Source of the DNA: Candidatus Uhrbacteria bacterium GW2011_GWC2_41_11
GTDB taxonomy: Bacteria; Patescibacteriota; Patescibacteriia; UBA9934; GWF2-40-263
DNA length: 55,664 nucleotides
NCBI GenBank assembly: GCA_000996355.1
Contig: LCAH01000010.1
Span: 1 to 55,664 of the forward strand
Reading direction: 5' to 3'
This document shows, piece after piece, positions 30,715 through 40,635 of this stretch; the first letter of the stretch is position 1, and every line of letters starts with the position of its first letter. The position numbers and the translations under genes are program-made. The notes beneath the pieces were generated by a model. That model searched no databases and was not told the DNA's origin. It worked only from the letters and a program-made list of their open reading frames with translations.

Positions 30715-32451
30715 TCAGGTGTTAGGGACAAGATCCACTACTTTCAACTGAATTTCTCGATTCCCTTTCCATTCATTCAAACCAACTTCATACGCCACGT
30801 CAACATGCATGCCAACAGAAAATGTTTGCGCAAGAGTTCCAAAACCAAATGCCACAAATCGTTTCATCATTCCATTTGCATTCTTTAAAAGAAAACGAGC
30901 ATGTTTTTCATCTTTTCCCATGTATTCGATGGCTACCATTTCAAGATTTCGCGTGCAAAAAATAGGAACTCGATTTCCTTCTCCAAATGGTTCAAATCGT
31001 TGGAGATCTTGAAATAAAGGCCAACCAATTTCTTCCAAGTTCACCTCGGCCTCAATCAAAAGCTGGGGAGTAAGTTCTGTATGCGAAAGTATTTCATCTG
31101 CACAAGCCGTCATCACCTCTACGGCTCGAAGGAAACGATCTTCCCCTGTTGTGGAAAATCCGCATGCTTGCGGGTGCCCGCCAAAACGATCCAAGTGTTC
31201 TGCCGCTGCCTGCAATGCTTGTGTAATATCAAATCCAGGAATACTGCGTCCGGATGCAACAAATTTTTCCCCATCCTTTCCAACAACAAACACAGGACGA
31301 TGAAATTCATAGAGTAACTTTCCAGCCACGAGTCCAACCAATCCGGCAGACCATCCTTCCTCAACAGCCACAAGCAAATTTTTTCCCGTCATTTCTGTGA
31401 GTTTTGCACGCGCTGTTTGATACATTTGTTCACTCGCTTTTTGGCGAGCAAGATTGGTTTCGTGAAGTTCTCCTGCCAAACGTGTTGCCTCTGCCGAATC
31501 TTCACTTAATAAAAGTTCAAGGGCAACAGATGCATGATGCATGCGTCCTGCTGCATTTAAACGCGGACCGATTTGAAATCCAATGGTCCATGTATCAATT
31601 TTCCCCGGGATAATTCCTGCGACCTCAAACAATTTTTGTAAACCAATACGACGTGTTTTGTTTAAAACCAATAATCCAAACATTTCGAGCACGCGATTTT
31701 CTCCTTGTAAAGGCATCACATCCGTCACGGTCGCAATCGCAACCAAATCCAATAACCACTTCTCGTATCCTTCCGGAAAATCAGCTCCGTGTTTTCGTGC
31801 TTCAGAAAAAAGAGCACTCACAAATTTAAATGCCACTCCTGTTCCGCACAAATGCTTATTTGGAAATATTTCTCCCGGAACAAGAGGATGAAGAAGAATC
31901 GCTTCCTGAGGAATGAGGTCCGGCACTGTATGATGATCACAAATAATAGTATCGATGCCCAGTGCTTTTGCACGAGCAATCGCTGGCGCATTACTGATTC
32001 CGCAGTCGACCGTGATAATCAAATTTGCTTTTTCTTGTTCATACAAATGTTCGGCTGTTTCTGGAGAAAATCCATATCCCTCTTTTTCCCGATGAGGAAT
32101 ATAAAAAGAGAGCTGATGTTCGTCAAATCCGCATGCCCGGCAAATATCACGCAAACCGGATAAAAGCACTGCGGATCCGCACACGCCATCTGCATCATAA
32201 TCTCCATGAATCACAATTTTTTCTCCTTGTTCAAGAGCCGTAAATGTTCGTTCAACCGCACGCGAAATGTGTTGAAATAAAAATGGATCGCATGTATCTC
32301 GATTCCAGTCCGGACCCAAAAAAATATCCATGCAATCTTGTGTTTGCTGATTCCGATTCCAGAGCAATTGCAAAAGAACGGAAGAATATTCCGGAAATGA
32401 TAAACGAACATCTTCCGAAATCGTCTCGGCAACACACCAACGTTTCGTCAT
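30715..32451 (-). CDS. recJ: ssDNA exonuclease RecJ
   Basis: HGDYDADG, TVDCG, CDHH, TVTDVM, NAAGR and GGHPQACG motifs. Confidence 0.97.
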   Translation of the reverse strand: MTKRWCVAETISEDVRLSFPEYSSVLLQLLWNRNQQTQDCMDIFLGPDWNRDTCDPFLFQHISRAVERTFTALEQGEKIVIHGDYDADGVCGSAVLLSGLRDICRACGFDEHQLSFYIPHREKEGYGFSPETAEHLYEQEKANLIITVDCGISNAPAIARAKALGIDTIICDHHTVPDLIPQEAILLHPLVPGEIFPNKHLCGTGVAFKFVSALFSEARKHGADFPEGYEKWLLDLVAIATVTDVMPLQGENRVLEMFGLLVLNKTRRIGLQKLFEVAGIIPGKIDTWTIGFQIGPRLNAAGRMHHASVALELLLSEDSAEATRLAGELHETNLARQKASEQMYQTARAKLTEMTGKNLLVAVEEGWSAGLVGLVAGKLLYEFHRPVFVVGKDGEKFVASGRSIPGFDITQALQAAAEHLDRFGGHPQACGFSTTGEDRFLRAVEVMTACADEILSHTELTPQLLIEAEVNLEEIGWPLFQDLQRFEPFGEGNRVPIFCTRNLEMVAIEYMGKDEKHARFLLKNANGMMKRFVAFGFGTLAQTFSVGMHVDVAYEVGLNEWKGNREIQLKVVDLVPNT

Positions 32452-32452
32452 A

Positions 32453-34246
32453 CTATCCGCGTTTCAACAAATTTAAATAGGCGTCGGATGGAATATCCAC
32501 GCTTCCTTTTCCGTATTCAGCCATTTTTGCTTTTCCTTTTTTCTGTTTCTCAAGTAGTTTACGCTTACGCGTCACGTCTCCTCCATACAATTTTGCGGTC
32601 ACATCTTTTCGTAAGGCGGAAATGCGATCTGCTGCCACGATTTTCCCTCCAACCGCTGCCTGAATTTTGACCACAAACCAATGTTTTGGAATAGACTCTT
32701 TCAATGTTTCTACCATTTGCCGACCGACCCGTTCAGCTTCGTCGCGATACACAAGCGTCGCAAATGCATCCACCATATCTTCGGCAACCAAAATATCGAG
32801 ACGAACAACATCTGCTTCGCGCTCTGCAAAAAATTCATAATTGAACGAAGCATATCCGGAAGAAATACTTTTCAACTTGTCATAAAAATCCACAATCACG
32901 GTTGCGAGCGGAATTTCATAATGCAAAATCGCACGGCTGTCTGAAAGATATTCTGTATTCAAATACATACCGCGCCGTTCCTGGGCAAGAGTCATAATGG
33001 CGCCAATCGACTCTTTTGGCGTCACAATATCTGCTTTGACCCATGGTTCTTTGATGGATTGAATATGGGTTGGATCAGGAAGTTGAAGTGGACTTTTAAT
33101 CACGGTCTCTTCCCCGCTATTTGTGATCAATCGATACGCAACTGATGGTGTGGTCACGAGCACTTCCATTCCATATTCCCGTTGCAATCGCTCTTTGACA
33201 ATTTCCAAATGAAGCATGCCAAGAAGCCCACAACGAAATCCATATCCCATCGCAGGAGAATGTTCTGGTTCATAACTCAAAGCCGCATCATTTAATTTCA
33301 ATTTTTCCATGCCTTCACGCAATCGCTGGTAATCATTTCCTTCTTTTGGAAAAATACCCGCAAACACCATAGGACGCACCTCACGATATCCAGACAATGG
33401 TTCTGTTGCTGCATGTTCCGCAGAGGTAAGCGTGTCACCAACTCGACAAGACAATAAATCTTTGAGTCCAGTGACAACATATCCAATTTGACCTGTTTCA
33501 AGCTGGGACAATGGCATGTATCCACCAGGACCAAGCGCACCTAATTCCAAAATCTCTCCTTCGCTTCCTGTAGCAATCATGTGAATACGATCTCCGGTTT
33601 TTAATCCACCGTCTGTCACACGCACATACGCCACAACACCTTTGTAGTCGTCGTATTTTGAATCAAAAACCAATGCTCGCGATGAATCAACAGGATGACC
33701 GGACGGAGGAGGAATGTGTTTCAGAACTGCATCCAATAATTCAGGAACACCTTGTCCTGTTTTTCCGCTCACGCTCAAAATCTCCGACGGATCACATCCA
33801 AGCAAACGAACAATTTCCTCTGTTCGCCGCGGAATATCTGCAGCCGGAAGATCGATTTTATTTAAAACGGGAATAATAGCGAGATCTTCCGCAACAGCCA
33901 AAAAAAGATTTCCAACCGTTTGTGCCTGCACGCCTTGAGTTGCATCAACTAAAAGAATAGCCCCTTCGACGGCAGCCAATGATCGAGAAACCTCGTAATT
34001 AAAATCCACATGTCCGGGAGTATCAATCAAATTCAATGTGTAGTCTTTGTAATTCATTCGAGCCGGAGCAAGCTTAATCGTAATACCGCGCTCACGCTCC
34101 AAATCCATCGAATCGAGCATTTGCTCTTTCATTTTACGCTTTTCGACTGCACCTGTAATTTCAAGCAACCGATCAGCAAGTGTGGACTTGCCATGGTCAA
34201 TATGAGCAATAATACAAAAATTGCGGATATGAGACTGGTCCGTCAT
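32453..34246 (-). CDS. lepA: elongation factor 4
   Basis: AHIDHGKSTL, RERGITIK, DTPGH, GFRCGLLGMLH and KDVTAKLYGGD motifs. Confidence 0.99.
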   Translation of the reverse strand: MTDQSHIRNFCIIAHIDHGKSTLADRLLEITGAVEKRKMKEQMLDSMDLERERGITIKLAPARMNYKDYTLNLIDTPGHVDFNYEVSRSLAAVEGAILLVDATQGVQAQTVGNLFLAVAEDLAIIPVLNKIDLPAADIPRRTEEIVRLLGCDPSEILSVSGKTGQGVPELLDAVLKHIPPPSGHPVDSSRALVFDSKYDDYKGVVAYVRVTDGGLKTGDRIHMIATGSEGEILELGALGPGGYMPLSQLETGQIGYVVTGLKDLLSCRVGDTLTSAEHAATEPLSGYREVRPMVFAGIFPKEGNDYQRLREGMEKLKLNDAALSYEPEHSPAMGYGFRCGLLGMLHLEIVKERLQREYGMEVLVTTPSVAYRLITNSGEETVIKSPLQLPDPTHIQSIKEPWVKADIVTPKESIGAIMTLAQERRGMYLNTEYLSDSRAILHYEIPLATVIVDFYDKLKSISSGYASFNYEFFAEREADVVRLDILVAEDMVDAFATLVYRDEAERVGRQMVETLKESIPKHWFVVKIQAAVGGKIVAADRISALRKDVTAKLYGGDVTRKRKLLEKQKKGKAKMAEYGKGSVDIPSDAYLNLLKRG

Positions 34247-34323
34247 GTGCCAGAAAGTGTAGGCGAAAAAAGAATGAATGTCGAGAGAACAAAAAAACCG
34301 TGGAAGAGATCCACGGAATATGA

Positions 34324-34967
34324 TTATTTTCTGTCTCCAAACAAATCAAGAAGACGCAAGAAAATATTTGCGATGTCAAGATAGATCCCAACCGCGGCAT
34401 CGATGGCATTATCATGTGTCCGCTCGATCCGCATGGCTTGATTCAGATCAAAAATCACGAGTCCGCCAAACAAGAACACGCCAATCCAATCAAGTGCTGT
34501 CATGGCTCCCTCAATCGGAATACCGATCATTCCAGCAAACAGGACGATGAAGGATCCCACAACAAACATACCGAGCGCACCCAAGAGAAAAATCCCCCAG
34601 CTTTCAAGACTCTGTGGATGGTGACCATACCAAGCGTTACCCAAAGAATCTTGAACACACTCGCCGTCGTATACAGTGCCACAACCGGCCCAGTGACGAG
34701 TCCGAATGGAATGGTTACCATCATATACCCGACAAGCGAAACCAAGGGATTCTTGCTGCCGTGTGCAATAAACACACCGGCAATCGAAACGACGAGAACG
34801 CCGATGATTCCCCAAACATCCACATGCCAATCTCTGGCAATGTATGTGGCGGTCGCGCTCGCAAAAATTCCCACCACTGTCCAGAAACAAACCAAAAATG
34901 CAAAAAGATTCCTGGACATGGCATGGTCATCTCCAACACGTTTCCAAACATCTGATGCGATCTTCAT
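34324..34967 (-). pseudogene. Bax inhibitor-1/YccA family membrane protein, frameshifted near 34613-34622
   Basis: The N-half frame ends ...LWVTLGMVTI; the C-half in another frame reads PQSLESWG...FDLNQA...AVGIYLDIANIFLRLL, a BI-1 signature. Confidence 0.85.
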
Positions 34968-35069
34968 GCTTTCCCCTGTTGAAAAGAACCTCGCTAAACA
35001 CCTTGTTCAGCCGAATAAACAAACCACAAAAAAACAAAATTGTCAATAGATTATAGCAAAATCCACATT

Positions 35070-36437
35070 CTAAACCTCATGCACACTATATACTTCGGGA
35101 ATCACAATTTCTGTATGCAATTCTTCGCGCAAATGTGCGGCAAAAATTTCCTTGGCTTCTAAATCTCCATGAACAAGAAAAATCTTTTGCGGAATTTTTC
35201 CATCTTCTGGATGTAACCAACGAGTCAATTTATTCATATCTCCATGCGCGGAAAAAGCACCAATGGCTTTAATTTGCGCCCGAACAGAAATACGTTGACC
35301 ATAGATAAATACCTCATTGGCTCCTTCATACAATTTACGCCCAAGGGTTCCGTGACCCTGATATCCAATGATAAGAACCATACTATTTCGATCTCCCAGA
35401 TAACGCAGGAGGTGGTGCATAATGCGCCCACCAGACATCATACCAGAACCGGCAATAATAATTTTTGGAGCGGGAATATCATTGATGGTCTTTGATTCAT
35501 CTACCGTCAATGTCTCACGCAAATTCGGAAAGCTGAAAAAATCACGATCCGGATCGGAAAGAATGGATTCATCAAATTGAAGATACTCCTTAAAATGTCG
35601 ATACACTTCGGTTGCTTTGATAGCCATGGGACTGTCCAAAAAAATCGGAACGTCCGTTTTTAATTCATGAAGCAAAATTTGATTGAGCTCGTACAATAAT
35701 TCCTGTGTACGTTCAATAGAAAAGGAAGGAATCATAAGCACGCCTTTTTCACGAATGGTTCCAACAAGATATTCTTTCAATCGTTCACTTCGCTCTCCTT
35801 TTCCTTCATGAACACGATCGCCATAGGTAGACTCACACACCACAATGTCGGCTGTGGAAATAGATTCGGTATCTGCCAAAATAGGCACGTCATCATTCCC
35901 AATGTCCCCAGAAAAAACAATTCGTTTTCCTTCTGCCTCGACAGAAATAAATGCAGATCCAAGGACGTGCCCGGCATCATGAAACATAACAGTCACTCCT
36001 GGCGCAACAGTGATAGATTCGTGATAATTCACAGACGTACAATGATTCACCACAGATTCCACATCTTCTTTTTGATACAAAAGTGGCTCTTGAGAACGTC
36101 GCGCATTTTCTTCCATGATGTGATAGGCATCTTCAAGCACAAGCCGCGTAAGTGACAGACATGGATGTGTCATGGTAATCGGACCACGATATCCTTGATG
36201 CAGAAGCGATGGGAGTCGACCTGTATGATCTGCATGAGGATGTGTCACGAAAACAGCATCGATCGTTTCCACATCAAAAACAAACGGCTCTGCGTTACGT
36301 TCGTCCGCAAACCGTTCTCCTTGAAACATGCCACAATCAATAAGCAGACGATGTTGAGCATTGTCTGTATCATGAACCGTTAGTAAAATACACGACCCAG
36401 TAACTTCCCGTGCCGCTCCGTGAAAAGCAATTTTCAT
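35070..36437 (-). CDS. metallo-beta-lactamase/beta-CASP ribonuclease
   Basis: GAAREVTGSC, THPHADHTG, GHVLGS, CESTYG and FSAHGD motifs; start set to the ATG at 36437. Confidence 0.93.
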   Translation of the reverse strand: MKIAFHGAAREVTGSCILLTVHDTDNAQHRLLIDCGMFQGERFADERNAEPFVFDVETIDAVFVTHPHADHTGRLPSLLHQGYRGPITMTHPCLSLTRLVLEDAYHIMEENARRSQEPLLYQKEDVESVVNHCTSVNYHESITVAPGVTVMFHDAGHVLGSAFISVEAEGKRIVFSGDIGNDDVPILADTESISTADIVVCESTYGDRVHEGKGERSERLKEYLVGTIREKGVLMIPSFSIERTQELLYELNQILLHELKTDVPIFLDSPMAIKATEVYRHFKEYLQFDESILSDPDRDFFSFPNLRETLTVDESKTINDIPAPKIIIAGSGMMSGGRIMHHLLRYLGDRNSMVLIIGYQGHGTLGRKLYEGANEVFIYGQRISVRAQIKAIGAFSAHGDMNKLTRWLHPEDGKIPQKIFLVHGDLEAKEIFAAHLREELHTEIVIPEVYSVHEV

Positions 36438-36441
36438 ACGT

Positions 36442-36687
36442 TCAAAATGTTGGATGACTTTCATCAACTCCAAGTGCTTCGCGATATTCTGACCATCGTA
36501 GACGAAGTGCTTCAGCCATGGATTGATATGAGGTATCATCATGAATCTCCCCCATACCGCGATGTTCTTCAATCACCGCATCAATGAGTTCGTGATACCC
36601 TTCCTCATCCGAAACTCCTTCTTCTCGTCCACGCTCCACGATTTCTTCGAAAAGACCTTCGCGGTCTACGTCTAAAAATTCGACCAT
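36442..36687 (-). CDS. small acidic hypothetical protein
   Basis: 81-aa ORF ending 4 nt before the next start. Confidence 0.7.
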   Translation of the reverse strand: MVEFLDVDREGLFEEIVERGREEGVSDEEGYHELIDAVIEEHRGMGEIHDDTSYQSMAEALRLRWSEYREALGVDESHPTF

Positions 36688-36777
36688 AAAAAAAGAAAAA
36701 AATCACCTAAATTCAGTATAACACATTTTTATTTCCTTGATTCAAACCACAAAATTCGCTAGACTTGGCGCATTCTT

Positions 36778-37692
36778 ATGAATATTGGTATTCTCATTTT
36801 TTCCAAACCAAAACAGGCACTGGAACAAGCACTCCCTGGAACTGCTGCTCTTGTGCGAGCTGGAAAACAACATGGACACGTCATCCACCTTTTTTATGAA
36901 CCTCTTTTAACTATTCGCCCTGGTAACAACTCAAAAGGAATCGAGGTTTTATATGAAAACAAACCTTTTCCCGTTTGTGATGCCGTTATTCCACGTCCAA
37001 ATTTTCTTGAAGAACCTAGTTTACATATAACAACAATTGAAGCTTTGACACATATAGGAGTTCCTCTTCTCAATGGAAAAGAAGGATTTTTGCCATCAAA
37101 AAATAAACTGGCTCAAAAGTTGACATTTACCAAGGCAGGAATTCCTGTTCCTCCGTGGAGTATTGTTCGTGCACCGGAATGTGCAGCTGATGCGGCGACC
37201 GTTCTCGGATTTCCTCTTATTTTAAAAGTTCCATTTGGTCGTGGAGGCAAAGGGGTTTTTTATGTAGAAAATCAAGAAACCCTTCTTCCTCTCATTGATT
37301 ATTTAAATATTCGAGACCGTAATCCAGTCATCATGGAAACCTTTATCAAAGAAGCAGGACGTTCGGACCGTCGGGCATTTGTGATTGGAGGACGTATTAT
37401 TGCTGCCATGGAACGCACGGCAAAATCCTGGGATATTCGTGCAAATATCCATTCAGGTGGAAGTGCACAACCCATCATCCTTTCTCCTGAAGAAGAAACG
37501 CTTGCTATTCGCGCCGCAGCTGCATTTGATCTTGAAATCGCTGGAGTAGATTTAATTCCGTCCAAACACGGATCTCTTATTCTTGAGGTAAATCCGCATC
37601 CTGGATTTGAAACATTGAGTGAAGTGACAGGTATTGATGTTGCAGATGCTATTATAAAATATGTCGAACAACGTTTCATCCATGTTTCTTGA
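36778..37692 (+). CDS. RimK family ATP-grasp ligase
   Basis: KVPFGRGGKGV, RANIHSGG, AGVDL and LEVNPHPG motifs. Confidence 0.9.
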   Translation: MNIGILIFSKPKQALEQALPGTAALVRAGKQHGHVIHLFYEPLLTIRPGNNSKGIEVLYENKPFPVCDAVIPRPNFLEEPSLHITTIEALTHIGVPLLNGKEGFLPSKNKLAQKLTFTKAGIPVPPWSIVRAPECAADAATVLGFPLILKVPFGRGGKGVFYVENQETLLPLIDYLNIRDRNPVIMETFIKEAGRSDRRAFVIGGRIIAAMERTAKSWDIRANIHSGGSAQPIILSPEEETLAIRAAAAFDLEIAGVDLIPSKHGSLILEVNPHPGFETLSEVTGIDVADAIIKYVEQRFIHVS

Positions 37693-37694
37693 AT

Positions 37695-38522
37695 ATGACT
37701 CACATCATCAATGGACGAAAACTTGCTGTAAAAATTCGCATGCAAGTAAAAAAACGTATTTCCTCTCTTGCACACATTCCGGGATTGGCTGTGCTTCTTG
37801 TGGGAGATGATCCGGCTTCACATACATACGTCAGGCTCAAAGAAAAAGCATGCAAAGAAGCGGGAATTTTTTTCGAAAAACATTTATACCCTTCAAACGT
37901 CAAAGAAGAAAATATTTTATCCGATATTGCAACCTTAAATGAACGAACGGATATTCACGGCATTCTTGTTCAACTTCCACTTCCACATCAAAATACAGAT
38001 CGCATGATTGCAGCCATTGATCCGCAAAAAGATGTGGATGGATTCCATCCGGAAAATATCCGACGACTTGATACAGACAAACCGGGAATTATTTCTCCTG
38101 TGGCACTCGGCATCATGAAATTGATCACATCAACAGAAAAATCATTCCAAGGATGCTCTGCCGTCATTATTGCAAGTCCTTTATTTGCCCACCCTATTGA
38201 AGTTCTGCTTCGTGAATATGGAATCGTTTCAACGATTGTTTCTGCACAAGATCCATTGTTAAAAGAAAAAACAAAAACAGCAGACATTTTAATTGTTGCT
38301 GTTGGAAAACCAAATCTCATCACTAGAGACTATATAAAATCTGGAGCTGTTGTCATTGATGTTGGAACGACTCGTGTAGACAATCATATTGTCGGAGATG
38401 TTGATCGAACTTCCGTAGAGTCTATTGCCGGATGGCTTACTCCTGTTCCCGGAGGAGTTGGTCCTATGACCGTGGCTCTGTTGCTTGTGAGTATTTTAAA
38501 GGCGTATCAGTTGCAAAAGTGA
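37695..38522 (+). CDS. folD: bifunctional methylene-THF dehydrogenase/cyclohydrolase
   Basis: GILVQLPLP, KDVDGFHP, VIDVG and TPVPGGVGPMTVA motifs. Confidence 0.97.
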   Translation: MTHIINGRKLAVKIRMQVKKRISSLAHIPGLAVLLVGDDPASHTYVRLKEKACKEAGIFFEKHLYPSNVKEENILSDIATLNERTDIHGILVQLPLPHQNTDRMIAAIDPQKDVDGFHPENIRRLDTDKPGIISPVALGIMKLITSTEKSFQGCSAVIIASPLFAHPIEVLLREYGIVSTIVSAQDPLLKEKTKTADILIVAVGKPNLITRDYIKSGAVVIDVGTTRVDNHIVGDVDRTSVESIAGWLTPVPGGVGPMTVALLLVSILKAYQLQK

Positions 38523-38544
38523 AAAAATGTAGAAAATGTATTTT

Positions 38545-38958
38545 TTATTCAAAATACGGAATCGTCTGCATTTTCATTCCAGCTTCGGTTTCAAAACGTC
38601 TTACAATACGATAAATTTTTCTTAAATCATCTCTGTGTTCTAGAGATTTTTTTAATTCAGCAACAAGATCATCAATAATCTTTTCCATTTTGATAATATA
38701 CTCACTTTGCTTATCTGGTCGTCGAAGACGACGTAATTCACAATATCTTTTAAGATATTGTTCCACATCTTTTATAAAGTCCTTGTTTGTTTTTGCAAAA
38801 AATTTCTCTCGATTCCACACACCATCTGCCACAAGATTAAGATGCGACAAAACATACAGAGCAGAGTGTTGAGGATAATCTTCAAGAAGAAGTTTTTCAA
38901 ATACATCTGTTGTCAACTGTTCCGTTTTAATTTCTTCATGATTTTCAAACTCTCTCAT
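38545..38958 (-). CDS. hypothetical helical protein
   Basis: 137-aa ATG ORF; no recognised motif. Confidence 0.6.
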   Translation of the reverse strand: MREFENHEEIKTEQLTTDVFEKLLLEDYPQHSALYVLSHLNLVADGVWNREKFFAKTNKDFIKDVEQYLKRYCELRRLRRPDKQSEYIIKMEKIIDDLVAELKKSLEHRDDLRKIYRIVRRFETEAGMKMQTIPYFE

Positions 38959-38988
38959 AAAAATTTTTCTTTAGGAATTCACTTTCTT

Positions 38989-39381
38989 TTATTCAGATAT
39001 AATTGTTTTACGTTTCAACGCCACATATCCTGCCACAAGGATCGCGAAAAAATTTACCGTCTCAATCAGATAGGAAGCCGTCGTAAACATATCTGAAGGA
39101 CTGACACCGTCCAAAATCGCAAGTAAAGCCATCCCACCTAAAAAATCGAGCATGATCCACACGATAGCAACTTTTAAACGATCAGAAACTTGTGCAGCAA
39201 ATCCTCCACGAAAATATAGCCATCCAAATAAAAGATAAATAAGCGGCGCATTCATCATGCCAATCATGAGGAAAATATTATTATAGGAAAATAAAGTCCA
39301 AGCTGTTACGGCTAAAATATTCGTCACATATACCAAAGCAAACCCAGCAAACCAGAAAAAAAGAAGACGTTTGATGCGCAT
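38989..39381 (-). CDS. hypothetical 4-TM membrane protein
   Basis: Four hydrophobic segments. Confidence 0.7.
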   Translation of the reverse strand: MRIKRLLFFWFAGFALVYVTNILAVTAWTLFSYNNIFLMIGMMNAPLIYLLFGWLYFRGGFAAQVSDRLKVAIVWIMLDFLGGMALLAILDGVSPSDMFTTASYLIETVNFFAILVAGYVALKRKTIISE

Positions 39382-39399
39382 AAAAATAAGTGGAAGGTG

Positions 39400-40569
39400 T
39401 TAGAAGTGAGGAAATAAAACTTGAAAAATGGTATACAACATTCCACTTGCGAGGATGAGAACCAATCCCCAGCTCACTGCATGCGGAACATTCAAACATC
39501 GATGATTGATACAAACAGGACTATGACGCATTCTCTCATACGCAGCAATGAGTAAAATACCAAGAACCCCTCCAAATACAGCCCCGAGAAATCCAATCAG
39601 ATCAATAAACTCACGCACTCCAAAAAGAAAACAAAGAATCGGAACAGTCATGACCACACCCCACGCCTTTCGCAAACTCCAGTGATAATCAAATCGAAGC
39701 GTTCCTTGAAGTTCGATACTGAGTAAAGAAAAAATCGATGCAACCGTGAGTACACCAAGGAGAGATCCAACGATCATAAATGTTGAACCTAAAATAGGCA
39801 CTAATCCTTGAAAGGCATTTTCCACTGTTCCCTCACCTGTCACCCCAACAACCGCAAACGTAAATATGGCATACAACAAAGTGACAATAACCTGCCCGGC
39901 CACCACTGCATACGGAAGTTTCATCATTTGTTTTCCAAGTACATCTTTCATTTCAGGAACCACTCCCAACCCAGACAAAGCAAACAATACAACTCCGTAT
40001 GGAAGAAACCATTTCTCCGGATGAAACAAAGAAAGATTAGGCACATGGACATGCGGAAGCGCCGCAAGACTCATAAACACAAACAGAAACAAAAGTGCGC
40101 ACACAATCACTAATTCCATTTTTGCCAAATATCGAATGCCCCGAAATGTAAGCCATGCAACAACAACAGCAAGGCTAAGCTGATACCAAAATTCAGAACC
40201 TCCTAAAAGAGGAGAAAGAAGGATGTGAAGAAATCCTCCACCAACAATCATATATGCAATCATGGCTCCCCAGGTATACACCGCAAAAAGAACAGCCGTA
40301 ACACGATCCCATGGATGTCCAAGATATTGTTTGATGTATCCAACAATACGATGATTCCCTGGCGTCTGAATGGCAATCTCGGCATACATAAGCTGTAAAA
40401 CCAGAAGAAACCCACTAACAAAAAAAAGTTCAAGTAATCCAACCACATATCCGCTTTGCGCAAACGCATACGGAAGCCCAAAAACCCCGACTCCAACAAC
40501 AGAACCGATCATGGTTCCAATTGCACGATACCAAGGCAGGTTTGGATGACCAGCAGGTTGTCTCAGCAT
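39400..40569 (-). CDS. amino acid permease (aromatic/APC-like family)
   Basis: IGTMIGSVVGVGVFGLPYAF motif and about 11 TM helices; start set to the ATG at 40569. Confidence 0.88.
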   Translation of the reverse strand: MLRQPAGHPNLPWYRAIGTMIGSVVGVGVFGLPYAFAQSGYVVGLLELFFVSGFLLVLQLMYAEIAIQTPGNHRIVGYIKQYLGHPWDRVTAVLFAVYTWGAMIAYMIVGGGFLHILLSPLLGGSEFWYQLSLAVVVAWLTFRGIRYLAKMELVIVCALLFLFVFMSLAALPHVHVPNLSLFHPEKWFLPYGVVLFALSGLGVVPEMKDVLGKQMMKLPYAVVAGQVIVTLLYAIFTFAVVGVTGEGTVENAFQGLVPILGSTFMIVGSLLGVLTVASIFSLLSIELQGTLRFDYHWSLRKAWGVVMTVPILCFLFGVREFIDLIGFLGAVFGGVLGILLIAAYERMRHSPVCINHRCLNVPHAVSWGLVLILASGMLYTIFQVLFPHF

Positions 40570-40635
40570 ATGCACAATTATATCACAACCTGACCCTTGA
40601 ACCCCCTTCCTCCCAAAGGTAAGATACGCAACGTT

